Source: an uncultured archaeon
GTDB lineage: Archaea; Nanobdellota; Nanobdellia; Pacearchaeales; GW2011-AR1
NCBI GenBank assembly: GCA_965372925.1
Contig: CBDVEE010000001.1
Location: 1 to 35,188 of the forward strand
Length of the DNA: 35,188 nucleotides
Direction: 5' to 3'
Of this stretch, positions 8,340 through 17,914 are shown piece by piece (position 1 is the first letter of the stretch; each line of letters starts with the position of its first letter). Position numbers and translations under genes: made by a program. Under the pieces are notes generated by a model. The model was not told the origin of the DNA. It ran no database searches and saw nothing but the letters and a program-made list of their open reading frames with translations.

Positions 8340-8732
8340 TTAAGCAACTATATCAACCAATGAACCTTTATATCTTGCTACTTCTCTTAATGGAAACCCT
8401 TTCATGTGATGATAATAATTATAAACAGTTACTACCGTCTGTGTCCACTCCACCCTATTTATATATACACCAAATATTATTCCATACTCTCTATTTATTT
8501 TGAATAAAATATCACTATGTTTCGCCCTTCTAATATTCATTAAATTTTCCGGAACTTCTTCTGAAGAAAGGTATACCGATTCACATAAACTCTTTTCAAA
8601 AAACTTAACCTGCTCTTCTTCTGTCTTCAAACTCTCCAGAAAAGAAAACCCCTTTTTCGGTGCACTCTCTTCAATAACTTTATATGGAACTATAGACCTC
8701 AATGGCCGATAACCAATTATTGTAGCACTCAT
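8340..8732 (-). CDS. Hypothetical protein (130 aa from the ATG at 8732; the track ORF extends to a TTG at 8858)
   Basis: The ORF sits between rps7 and EF-2 on the same strand. I recognise no motif. It looks more AT-rich by eye than the flanking core genes. Confidence 0.5.
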   Translation of the reverse strand: MSATIIGYRPLRSIVPYKVIEESAPKKGFSFLESLKTEEEQVKFFEKSLCESVYLSSEEVPENLMNIRRAKHSDILFKINREYGIIFGVYINRVEWTQTVVTVYNYYHHMKGFPLREVARYKGSLVDIVA

Positions 8733-8895
8733 ACTATTCCAATCGAACTTAATGTTTTTAAGAATTGTTATAATAAAAAGTATAACTCTATATACATTTT
8801 CCAAAGTTTTATTTTCAAAATTATTTCTTCTTTCTAATAACCTAATACCTAACAACAAAGCACCCCAATGCCTAATACCTCAAGATAAATATAGC

Positions 8896-9489
8896 TTATC
8901 TTGCCGCGTCGGCTTGTTTTTCCAAATCATTCCTCTTTCGAACGGCATAACTCTCACCAGAATTTTCGGCCGCCAACATAATTTCTTTTGCCAGAGCCTC
9001 GACGATAGTTGCCTTCTTATTAAACGCCTTATCATAAGCTCCATTAACAAAATATCGCAAAACTAAATTCAATCTCCGTCGTGGCGAAACATCAACTGCC
9101 TGCGGATATCTTGCTCCACCATACTCAACAGCAACAATCTCATCCCTCGGCGCACCATTCTCAATTGCCCTAATAAAAATCTTCAAAGGATTTTCCCCTG
9201 TTTTCTCCTCTATAATCTTAAACGCATCAATAACAATACCTATGCACCGAGTTTGCTTCCCCGTAATCCATCCTGTAATAATTCTATGTTTCTTCCCCCG
9301 CGACCCAGGAACCTGCAACAAATTAACCAGCCTCTCAATAACATTAACCTTCGCCCTCGTCGGATCCCACTTAATTCTCCCGTGCGATTTCAACATCAGC
9401 TTAGCATTCAGATTAATAACTCTCTTCATCCCCGGATCCTCAACCCTAACATCCGAAGCATCAAACAAACCAAAGATTTTCATTTCCAT
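8896..9489 (-). CDS. rps7: 30S ribosomal protein S7 (uS7)
   Basis: The translation MEMKIFGLFDASDVRVEDPGMKRVINL... is typical of archaeal S7. GGAGGT lies 10 nt upstream of the ATG at 9489. The track's N-terminal extension (to 9552) was rejected. Confidence 0.9.
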   Translation of the reverse strand: MEMKIFGLFDASDVRVEDPGMKRVINLNAKLMLKSHGRIKWDPTRAKVNVIERLVNLLQVPGSRGKKHRIITGWITGKQTRCIGIVIDAFKIIEEKTGENPLKIFIRAIENGAPRDEIVAVEYGGARYPQAVDVSPRRRLNLVLRYFVNGAYDKAFNKKATIVEALAKEIMLAAENSGESYAVRKRNDLEKQADAAR

Positions 9490-9575
9490 TTTAAAAATTA
9501 CCTCCATCAAATTGCCCAAGCCCCGACATACCGAACACCGACTGACCGACATACCGCAATAAAATGTTTTGCATT

Positions 9576-9998
9576 TTATCTCCTCCCCTTCTCAATCTTC
9601 CCCGACCAAAGTCGAGCCAGCGGCTGATCATTTACTTTAATAACCTGAAATCTAACTCCCGACAAATCACCCTTCGTCCGTCCCTGCTTCCCACCAATTC
9701 TCTCAATAATAACTTCATCGTGCTCATCAACAAACTTCTGCGCCAAATTTCCGGGAATAAACACCGTCTCTTCCTTGCCATTCTTAATCAATTGTACCCT
9801 GCAACATTTCCTCATAGCCGAGTTAGGTTGCTTAGCTTCTTTCTGAATTTTCTTAGTAACAATCCCCTTCGCCTGCGACGACCTCCCCAAAGAATCAAAC
9901 TTCAGACTAATCCCAAGTCGCTTCTTTTTATCAGGCAACCTATTATCCCTAAACTTCTTTCGTGCTTTCTTCAATTTCCGTCCATTCATTAATCCCAT
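9576..9998 (-). CDS. rps12: 30S ribosomal protein S12 (uS12)
   Basis: The core KQPNSAMRKCCRVQLIKNGKE...IPG is conserved in S12. The start was trimmed to the ATG at 9998 because the BRE/TATA (10021-10038) lies inside the longer track ORF. Confidence 0.9.
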   Translation of the reverse strand: MGLMNGRKLKKARKKFRDNRLPDKKKRLGISLKFDSLGRSSQAKGIVTKKIQKEAKQPNSAMRKCCRVQLIKNGKEETVFIPGNLAQKFVDEHDEVIIERIGGKQGRTKGDLSGVRFQVIKVNDQPLARLWSGKIEKGRR

Positions 9999-10078
9999 CG
10001 TATAAATTAAGTGAAAATTTGATTTAAAAACTTTTGCCAAAAGTTTTTTCGTGAAGCACTTTTAATGTTACTCTATAA
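9999..10078 (-). promoter_or_regulatory. rps12 upstream module: BRE/TATA (GGCAAAAGTTTTTAAATC), hairpin 10039-10063, 15-mer 10064-10078
   Basis: TTTTTAAA lies 25-32 nt upstream of the ATG at 9998. The 15-mer TTATAGAGTAACATT (minus strand) is identical to the copies at 8308-8322 and 35048-35062. Confidence 0.5.
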
Positions 10079-10085
10079 CAATGTC

Positions 10086-10511
10086 CTAAGCAATCCTCAA
10101 CTTCGTTATCCCAAAAAAATTCTTCAAAACATCAGCAATCTCTTTTTCCCTTTGACGACCTCGTCCAATCAAAGCCGCCTTACTCTGACGACCGGCATTG
10201 ACAACAAGAGAATCCCCTCGCATTTCAATACCATTAAATTCAACTGGTGCCACTATATCCCTAATAAATTTCCCAATTCCCTCGTTATCGTCAGTCGCAG
10301 GCATTGCAATAATTTTAATTTTCTTTCGCAAAATCTCATTCAACTTTTTAGCATTAACAGCATCCCTGCCAATCGCAATCGAAACCTTACTCTTTGGAAC
10401 CACAAAAATAATTTGATTATTATAAGAAAAAACCTTCGTTGTCTGAACCCTCGTGGTTTTAGAAAACAAATTGATATACCTCATCATCTGCATATTAATA
10501 ACGCCAGCCAT
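10086..10511 (-). CDS. nusA: Archaeal NusA-like protein (two KH domains)
   Basis: KH-like segments are present (IAIGRDAVNAKKL and ALIGRGRQREKEI). Position between rpl30e and rps12 is conserved. The ATG at 10511 lies 1 nt after the rpl30e stop. Confidence 0.85.
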   Translation of the reverse strand: MAGVINMQMMRYINLFSKTTRVQTTKVFSYNNQIIFVVPKSKVSIAIGRDAVNAKKLNEILRKKIKIIAMPATDDNEGIGKFIRDIVAPVEFNGIEMRGDSLVVNAGRQSKAALIGRGRQREKEIADVLKNFFGITKLRIA

Positions 10512-10512
10512 C

Positions 10513-10746
10513 TTATTTAATAGAAAAAACTTCGCACTCGAAATCAAGATTTAGCTCCTTAGAAATATCTGCCTTAGATTTCAAAACATCAAATTCAATT
10601 TTGGCAGCCTCAAGTTTTTCAACCGTTCCATCTCGAGTATCCTTAGAAATAAAAACCTGCTTCAATTTTTTATTCTTCAATGCTTGCCTAATTCCAAAAA
10701 GAACATTTCCTTTTTCCATTGCTTCCTTAATCTCTTTTATACTCAT
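10513..10746 (-). CDS. rpl30e: 50S ribosomal protein L30e (eL30), short form (77 aa)
   Basis: It occupies the canonical slot after rpoA with an ATGA overlap. The translation is L7Ae/L30e-like (GIRQALKN...VFIS). Confidence 0.75.
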   Translation of the reverse strand: MSIKEIKEAMEKGNVLFGIRQALKNKKLKQVFISKDTRDGTVEKLEAAKIEFDVLKSKADISKELNLDFECEVFSIK

Positions 10747-13700
10747 TTGCCTTTCTTCTCCTTTTTTTCTGCTAACGAGCCAGTAACCTTAACCAAAAGA
10801 CCAGGTAACCCCGTCCCAACAGGCACAGGTTGATTCAAAATAATATTCTCAATCACCGACGCTAATTTATCCTTTCTTCCAATCTTAGTAGCCTGAACAA
10901 ACTGAGGCACAGGAGTTTCAAATGAAGCCTTCGCTAAAATAGAACTCTTATCAGAAATAATTCCCATACGGGTAATTCCCTTGACAACACCCGAGTTCGT
11001 CATTGTATCCGCAACCAATATGGCATGCTTACTATCGACAGCAAGACCCTGCGAACTAATTACTTTATTAATTTCATTAACAATCAACTGCCGAGTCGCC
11101 TCAATACCCAACACCTGCGAAATCTCATGGATATCATTACTCAAAACCCTGTCAGCATCAACGCCCTTAAATGACATAATATCCTTCAAATTAGAACCGG
11201 CAGTCAAGATAACATAATCCTTATTTCGCTTAACAACAAGAACCTGCGAAATATTCTTAACGCCCGTCAAAATAACTTCTTTAATTTTTTCCTTAACTTT
11301 ATAGATAGTCTTAAAATCTTCTTTAGTCATATCAAGTATCATACCTTCAGACAATTTCTTAACATCAAAACCTTTCTCTCCAAGAATTTCGACTACCTTA
11401 TCTAAAGAAATATGAACACTCTTTAGAGCCTTCATATCAACACTAATCTTAATTTTCTTTGAACCAAAATCAATCGCAATATTAGAAATAATTTCTTTTA
11501 ATTTAACTTCCTTAATTTTCTCAGCAACAATTCTGGCATCCTTTTCATTATTATGTTTCTTGTCTAAATAAATTTCCATAGATGGTGTCTTAGGCAACTT
11601 ACGAGCATCCAAAATCTCAATAATACGAGGAAGTCCCTGAGTAACCTGCATCTCTGCAACACCTGCCGCATGAAACACATTTAGAACCATCTGCGTCGAC
11701 GCCTCACCAAAAGACTGAGCAGTCACAATACCAATGGCCTCACCCGGCACAACTTTCTTATTCAAATGTTTGGCCGAAATATCCAAACCATCAGGACCAT
11801 AAGCAAACTGAATAATATTACTCGAAGCATCTCTGACAGTCCCATCGTAAGCCATAATTAAATCCTGCAAAGCATTAGCCAATCGTCTGTATAAATAACC
11901 AGATTTAGGAGTTCTAAGCGCAGTATCCATTAAACCATCCCTACCGGTCATAGCACCAAAGAAAAATTCCTCAGGTTTCAAGCCCTTCATAAACGAACCA
12001 TAAATAAAACCGCCAGCACTAGCTGATAAATCACCTCTCTTGAAAAACGGCAATGTTCTCTCCGTATAACCAAAATCAATCCTACGACCATGCAACACCT
12101 GTTGCCCAACCGAACACGCAATCTGAGTAATATTTAACATACTACCTCCAGCACCCGAACCAATCATCTTGCTTGCTAAATTATCTTTAGGGAAACCCTC
12201 TTTAACCGCATCCCCAATCTCAGTTCGCGTCTCATTCAAAGCATGCAAAATCTTATTCTCCCTCGTCTCCTCCGCACTCTTCCCCGGCAATAATTCTAAG
12301 CTACCATCATAATAACTCTCAATAATCTTCGATGTTTTCTCTTCAGCAACCTCGATAATTTTTGACGTTTTTTTCTTCACGGATTCGGGAACATCTAAAT
12401 CCTCCATCGCAAGCGTAAATCCTGTCCTCGATAAAAAAGTCGTACCAAGTAAAAAAACCTGTCTTAGAAGTTCAACGGCGGATTCACGACCAAGCTCCTT
12501 GTCTATAACTCTTAAAACCTCTCCCCTTCCCGTCTTAAAATTTGTCGCATCAAAACCCTTGCCAGCAATAGACTTAGGCAAAACTTTTTCAAAAACATCC
12601 TTGCCAGAATTAATCTTGTTTAAACTGGGTATCTTAATCCCTATTTCATGTAACAATTGCGAAGCGTCCTCTTTGCTCAATTCAGCCTCACTCAACATAA
12701 AATTACCACTAACCGCGTCTTTAACACAACCAAGAAAATTCATATTATTTTTCGGAGAAAACAAATTAGCATTAACATTCAATAAAATTTTTGCTTCAGC
12801 CCGAGCCTCTTCAGTCTGAGGTGAATGAACATTCATTTCATCACCATCAAAATCGGCATTATAAGGAGCACAAACCGCAGGATGAATTCTAAAAGTCCTA
12901 CCCGAAATTACCTTAACATAATGTGCCATTAACGAAGCTCTATGTAGAGACGGATGCCGATTAAACAATACAATATCACCATCAACAAGATGTCTCTCAA
13001 CGGTATAACCCGGTTCAAGTTCCTCAACCAATTCGTCCCTCAACTCATCAACAATTCTTTTTCTCTTGCCATCAATCCTCAAAATATAATTTGCCATAGG
13101 ATATTCCGTACTAGCAACTAATTTTTTCATTCTTTTTATATTAATAGAAGTTACCCTCTCTGCAACAGTCAAAATTTTAGCAACCTCGTATGGGACACCC
13201 ACCTCATTCAATTTCAAATTAGGGTCCGGCGAAATAACAGTACGCGCCGAATAATTAACTCTCTTGCCAGCCAAGTTTTTTCTAATTCGACCCTCCTTGC
13301 CTTTAATTCTTTCTGTAATTGTTTTCAGGGGTTGACCACTTCTATGTCGAGCAGGCGGAATCTTGGCAATTGAATTATCGAAAAAGGTCGTAATATGATA
13401 CTGCAACAAATCCCAAAGATCCTCAATAATAACCTCAGGCGCACCCGCATTCAAGTTCTCCCAAAGTCTCTGATTTGAACGAATGATATCAGACAGCTTA
13501 TGAGTCAAATCGTCTTCAGACCTCTCACCAGATTCCAAAGTAATCGATGGACGAACCGTAACAGATGGAACAAGTAATGAAGTCAAAATTGCACACTCAG
13601 GTCTCAGAGTCACCGCATTAATTCCCAAAACTTTCAAATCCTCGTCGGGAACCTTAACCAATCTCTCTCTAATCTCTGAAGGAAACAACCTTCTTCTCCC

Positions 13701-14153
13701 ACTCCTAAAAGTAGTCGGCTTTTCCAATTTAGTCTTCTCCTGAATAATTGAACAATGTGGACATTTTTTTCCGTCCTTTGCCTTCTTAATTCTACCAATC
13801 AAATCTTTAGCCAAATCCTTTTCGTCTTTAATTAAAACTTTACCACATGCCTCACAGGTGCTTCGAAGAACTAAATCAATAATAGGCAAATATTTAATGT
13901 GAACAACTGGTCTCGCAAATTCGATTATACCAGGATGACCCAAGCACTCTTTCAATCGCCCACCACAAGTTCGACACCTGACACCTGGATCAATCGCACC
14001 AAGCCTCAAATCCATCAACCCACCGTCGACAGGATAACCATCAACATCATAAAGTTCTGGTGTCACAATCTTCGCAACACTCAATTTCTTAATCTGCTCA
14101 GGGCTAAGCAAAGAAAATCCTATCTCCTTAATTTGTTTTCTAACTGGTTTCAT
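10743..14153 (-). CDS. rpoA: DNA-directed RNA polymerase largest subunit, unsplit A'-A'' fusion (1136 aa)
   Basis: The N-terminal Zn motif is CRTCGGRLKECLGH. The catalytic motif is NADFDGDEMN (about 12832-12861). The A''-type trigger-loop region PGEAIGIVTAQSFGEASTQMVLNVFHAAGV (about 11700-11790) is in the same uninterrupted ORF. Confidence 0.95.
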   Translation of the reverse strand: MKPVRKQIKEIGFSLLSPEQIKKLSVAKIVTPELYDVDGYPVDGGLMDLRLGAIDPGVRCRTCGGRLKECLGHPGIIEFARPVVHIKYLPIIDLVLRSTCEACGKVLIKDEKDLAKDLIGRIKKAKDGKKCPHCSIIQEKTKLEKPTTFRSGRRRLFPSEIRERLVKVPDEDLKVLGINAVTLRPECAILTSLLVPSVTVRPSITLESGERSEDDLTHKLSDIIRSNQRLWENLNAGAPEVIIEDLWDLLQYHITTFFDNSIAKIPPARHRSGQPLKTITERIKGKEGRIRKNLAGKRVNYSARTVISPDPNLKLNEVGVPYEVAKILTVAERVTSINIKRMKKLVASTEYPMANYILRIDGKRKRIVDELRDELVEELEPGYTVERHLVDGDIVLFNRHPSLHRASLMAHYVKVISGRTFRIHPAVCAPYNADFDGDEMNVHSPQTEEARAEAKILLNVNANLFSPKNNMNFLGCVKDAVSGNFMLSEAELSKEDASQLLHEIGIKIPSLNKINSGKDVFEKVLPKSIAGKGFDATNFKTGRGEVLRVIDKELGRESAVELLRQVFLLGTTFLSRTGFTLAMEDLDVPESVKKKTSKIIEVAEEKTSKIIESYYDGSLELLPGKSAEETRENKILHALNETRTEIGDAVKEGFPKDNLASKMIGSGAGGSMLNITQIACSVGQQVLHGRRIDFGYTERTLPFFKRGDLSASAGGFIYGSFMKGLKPEEFFFGAMTGRDGLMDTALRTPKSGYLYRRLANALQDLIMAYDGTVRDASSNIIQFAYGPDGLDISAKHLNKKVVPGEAIGIVTAQSFGEASTQMVLNVFHAAGVAEMQVTQGLPRIIEILDARKLPKTPSMEIYLDKKHNNEKDARIVAEKIKEVKLKEIISNIAIDFGSKKIKISVDMKALKSVHISLDKVVEILGEKGFDVKKLSEGMILDMTKEDFKTIYKVKEKIKEVILTGVKNISQVLVVKRNKDYVILTAGSNLKDIMSFKGVDADRVLSNDIHEISQVLGIEATRQLIVNEINKVISSQGLAVDSKHAILVADTMTNSGVVKGITRMGIISDKSSILAKASFETPVPQFVQATKIGRKDKLASVIENIILNQPVPVGTGLPGLLVKVTGSLAEKKEKKGK

Positions 14154-14461
14154 TTTAAATTTAACACCCTACACGGACATTTATTATAATTTCCTGAACA
14201 ATATTCGTCAAACCACATTGCACTTTTTCGCGATTCAGCACAAATTGGTAATTCTAAACAAAGTTTCTCCATAGAATACCCAGTATTATTAATCGGATAT
14301 ATTACTCCCCTATAATCTAATCCTTCCAAAAATTCCTCAAACTCCACAAGTCCATCCAAAACATGTCTACCTGTATTAGAAACAAAATTTAGACCATCTC
14401 CTCTATGAAGATGCTTCAAAATCTGTACAATTTGATTATTAATTATATTATTTCCCATCAT
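14150..14461 (-). CDS. Hypothetical 103-aa protein with a C-terminal Cys cluster, inserted between rpoB and rpoA
   Basis: ATGA overlaps occur at both ends: with the rpoB stop at 14458-14461 and with the rpoA start at 14150-14153. Strand bias matches the neighbours. I recognise no family motif. Confidence 0.6.
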   Translation of the reverse strand: MMGNNIINNQIVQILKHLHRGDGLNFVSNTGRHVLDGLVEFEEFLEGLDYRGVIYPINNTGYSMEKLCLELPICAESRKSAMWFDEYCSGNYNKCPCRVLNLK

Positions 14462-17400
14462 TCATATTTATTTTTCAATTCAAATTTAGTTAATAAATGC
14501 AACCCTTGTAATTCTTCAATCAGCAACTTGAACGCATACGAAACCTCGACAAACTCAACCTGATTTGAATGGCAAAGCGAACAAACCCTCTTATTATGAA
14601 TTTGGTCGTCGATAACAATGCTCCCACACTTCGAACAAATATTAATTACAACCTTATCTGAATCATAACGCTCTTTCAAAAGAAGAGACGCCCCATGACC
14701 AACCAAAGCTTCCTGCTCCATTTCCCCAAGTCTCAAAGCACCGCCACGAGCCCTACCCTCAATCGGCTGTCTCGTCAACAAAGCAATTTTACCCGAAGCA
14801 CGAGCATGTATTTTATCCGCGACCATATACTTCAACTTCAAATAAAACATATTACCAATAAAAATCTTAATCGGCATCCTCTGTCCCGTAATCCCATTAT
14901 ACATAACTTCCTTACCGCTCTGTCTGAATCCAAGTTTCTTCAAATTGTTTTCCAAACTATCAATTGTCTCTCCTGAAAAAGACGATGCATTAACAATTCT
15001 ACCAGACAAGGCCGCAACTTTTCCACCAAGAATATCCATCAAATAACCAACTGTCATACGAGAAGGTATACCATGTGGATTAAACATAATATCTGGCTTA
15101 ATACCACCAACCGTCCACGGAATATCCTGCTCGGGAGCAATCATACCAACAATACCTTTCTGCCCATGAGGCACCGAAAACTTATCTCCAACCTCAGGAA
15201 CCCTCAGCTCTCTAACTCTAACCTGAGCAAGCCTATTACCCTCTTTATCATGAGTAAGAAAAACAGCATCAATAATCCCCAACTCTTCCTGCTTAATCGC
15301 CGAAGAATTTTCTTTTTTTGTCTGAATTGAAATCTCACGAGCCTCACTCAAAAATTTAGGCGGACTAACCTTGCCAATGACAACCTCGCCCTCCCTTATC
15401 TCAGCCTCGGGATAAACAATTCCATCATCCTCCAAAAATCTATAACTCTCCTCAACTCTATAACCAGAAACATCCTTATCTGGAATACAAATTTCATCCT
15501 GAAGACCACCAGCATAATTCAACTCAACCGAAACATAAGGCTTAAATCGTGAACTCCTACCAAATCCTCTATCGACAGAACCGCTATTCAAAACAGTAGC
15601 ATCCTCCATATTGTAACCCTCATAAGGCATAACTGCCAAAATAACATTCTGTCCAACAGGATGAACATTTAAAGTATCATAAGTAAAACTTCGCACCAAC
15701 GGCTTTTGTGGATAGTGCAACATCGAAACATCATTATCAATCCTCACCGGAAAATTACCAGCATAAAGACCAAGCCCCTGCCTATAAGCCCTCGAACCAC
15801 CCTTAACCATACGCGCTGGAGGATCATGATTACCAAACGGAATTAACGAAACACTAACGCCAAAAATATCCATCTCATCAATCTCCAAATGTGTATGTTC
15901 CTCAGTTAACTCATCCTCTTTAAGACAAATATAACAATCGTCCTCCTCGGCAGCATCAAGATATTCCAAGATTCCCTTTTCAAATAAATTCCTCCAAGTC
16001 AGAGAACCATCCTTAACCATAATCAAATGCTCTTCTTTTAATCTGGGTTTACCATTTTCAACAATAATCAACGGCCTAATTACTCTGCCAATCTCAGAAC
16101 TAATAAAAACTGTATCTAAAAATCTATCAAACCTGATAGACATTTCAATAGGCAAATTTCTATTTCTCCTCTCGCCCCTAACATTCTTCAAAAAAACATC
16201 AGCATCGTCAACAGCTCCAACAAATCGACCATTATAGAAAACATCTAAAGTGCCATCGTCATTCATCCCGCCATTTTTCAAAACTTTTATAACTTTCTCG
16301 TGCTCCATAGTGGTCCTCGTAGAAATCCTCGCTAACAAAGCCAAATTCTTTCTCAAACCAATCTCAGTTCCCTCAGGAGTTTCAATCGGACAGAACCTAC
16401 CATAATGCGTGGGATGAACAGTCCTCGCAGGTAAATTTTCCTGCTCTCCAGGCAAAGTAGAAGTCACCCTCTGCAACTGAGACATAATCGCAAATGAATT
16501 ATTCTTATCCATATTCTGAGTAACACCCTTCCGCTCACCAATCCACGAACCAGTCGCAATCGCACTTTCAACCCGATGAGTAAACAAAGTCGACTTCGCA
16601 ATCGTTTTAATCGAATAAAATTTCCGCCTCTTTACAGTCTTCTGCAAAGTATGCTGAACCTCTCTCAAAAGGATATTAATATTAACCCTAAATAAATCAG
16701 ACAACAAATCGCCTGACAACCGAACTCTCTTGTTGGCATAATGATCCTTATCCGTCATAGACGTGCTAGGATTCTCCCTCGCGATATAAAACTGTTTAAT
16801 AAATTTACAAAGAGTCTTAGCTTTCTCCAACCGCGCATTTTTATCTAAACCAATATGTGGCAAAAAATATAAATCTATCCTCTGATTAACTCTATCAAGC
16901 ATCTCCTTGTTCGTTCCCTGTAACGAACTCTTCTCCGCAATCCACATCAAAGCATCATTCACGCTCACAATATCTGCAAACTCATAAAGATTAACAACCA
17001 AACTATCTGTCTGTTTCTTAATCAACTTAACTATATTTGCATCGCTCGTAATTCCCAACGCCTTCAATAAAACAATAGTTGGTATATCCCTAAAACGCGA
17101 GAATGAGGTTTCCAAAATTCCTTCAGGACTCTCGACTAAAGAAACAGGAATCTTATAAGCACCTCTCTGAGAAAACAATCTAAGCATCAAACGCTTTTTG
17201 ATTTTCTGCCATTCGACAAAAGTCTGATTAGAAGCCAAATCCTCAGCCATAACCATCACTCTCTCATTACCATTAATCAAAAAATAACCACCATAATCTT
17301 TAGGGTCAATATAATTCTTAATCAATTCCTCTTCGCTCATCCCATCAAGATTACAAAATTTACTCTTAACCATAATCGGAATTCGACCAAGCTGAACCTC

Positions 17401-17718
17401 TTCGCTTTCAACCTGCCCCGCATAATTAATTGTCATATCCATCCAAATCGGCGCCGAGTAAGTCAGTTTTCTTAACCTAACTTCGGCGGGAGTAACGAGC
17501 CTCGAAGAACCGTCAGCCTCAATCATATTTGGTTTACCGACCCTGATTTTACCCAACTTAATTTCAAAATCGTCATTAGACAAAGCATCGGACAATTCAG
17601 TAACAATTTCCTGCATACGATTTTCAATAAAATCATTAAACGATTTAATATTAGATTCAACCAGCGAATGATTCTGCAAAAACTTCTTAATCAAAATATG
17701 TTCATTTACCGCAATCAT
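14458..17718 (-). CDS. rpoB: DNA-directed RNA polymerase subunit B (unsplit, 1086 aa)
   Basis: Conserved blocks are present (GEMEQEALVGHGAS and the C-terminal Zn ribbon CSKCGS...CSLCHS). Position between rpoH and rpoA is canonical. Confidence 0.95.
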   Translation of the reverse strand: MIAVNEHILIKKFLQNHSLVESNIKSFNDFIENRMQEIVTELSDALSNDDFEIKLGKIRVGKPNMIEADGSSRLVTPAEVRLRKLTYSAPIWMDMTINYAGQVESEEVQLGRIPIMVKSKFCNLDGMSEEELIKNYIDPKDYGGYFLINGNERVMVMAEDLASNQTFVEWQKIKKRLMLRLFSQRGAYKIPVSLVESPEGILETSFSRFRDIPTIVLLKALGITSDANIVKLIKKQTDSLVVNLYEFADIVSVNDALMWIAEKSSLQGTNKEMLDRVNQRIDLYFLPHIGLDKNARLEKAKTLCKFIKQFYIARENPSTSMTDKDHYANKRVRLSGDLLSDLFRVNINILLREVQHTLQKTVKRRKFYSIKTIAKSTLFTHRVESAIATGSWIGERKGVTQNMDKNNSFAIMSQLQRVTSTLPGEQENLPARTVHPTHYGRFCPIETPEGTEIGLRKNLALLARISTRTTMEHEKVIKVLKNGGMNDDGTLDVFYNGRFVGAVDDADVFLKNVRGERRNRNLPIEMSIRFDRFLDTVFISSEIGRVIRPLIIVENGKPRLKEEHLIMVKDGSLTWRNLFEKGILEYLDAAEEDDCYICLKEDELTEEHTHLEIDEMDIFGVSVSLIPFGNHDPPARMVKGGSRAYRQGLGLYAGNFPVRIDNDVSMLHYPQKPLVRSFTYDTLNVHPVGQNVILAVMPYEGYNMEDATVLNSGSVDRGFGRSSRFKPYVSVELNYAGGLQDEICIPDKDVSGYRVEESYRFLEDDGIVYPEAEIREGEVVIGKVSPPKFLSEAREISIQTKKENSSAIKQEELGIIDAVFLTHDKEGNRLAQVRVRELRVPEVGDKFSVPHGQKGIVGMIAPEQDIPWTVGGIKPDIMFNPHGIPSRMTVGYLMDILGGKVAALSGRIVNASSFSGETIDSLENNLKKLGFRQSGKEVMYNGITGQRMPIKIFIGNMFYLKLKYMVADKIHARASGKIALLTRQPIEGRARGGALRLGEMEQEALVGHGASLLLKERYDSDKVVINICSKCGSIVIDDQIHNKRVCSLCHSNQVEFVEVSYAFKLLIEELQGLHLLTKFELKNKYE

Positions 17719-17719
17719 C

Positions 17720-17914
17720 TTAAATCACGACCCTGTAATACATTTCATTAGCCCGAGAAATTTTAACAATATCACCAGTCTCGCAACCATCTGGAAGCGC
17801 CGGATCTTTTTTAGAAATCTTTGGCAACTGTGCCAACGCAATATTGAACTTGTTAAGAATTATTTTGACTTCATTTTGACTCAATTTTGCGTGCTTCGGT
17901 TGGAGTATATGCAT
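17720..17914 (-). CDS. rpoH: RNA polymerase subunit H (Rpo5)
   Basis: The translation HILQPKHAKLSQNEVKIILNKFNIALAQLPKISKKDPA...GDIVKISR...YRVV fits RpoH. It lies immediately upstream of rpoB (stop, 1 nt, ATG). Confidence 0.85.
   Translation of the reverse strand: MHILQPKHAKLSQNEVKIILNKFNIALAQLPKISKKDPALPDGCETGDIVKISRANEMYYRVVI

Noticed and set aside
9490-10040. N-terminal extensions of track ORFs (S7 to 9552, S12 to 10040, NusA to 10547, rfcL to 33071, TtuA-like to 30109, Nudix to 29016, ORFan to 8858)
   Set aside because: The extensions start at non-ATG codons or run through promoter elements or upstream genes. Conserved protein N-termini and SD or TATA positions support the shorter starts given in the features.
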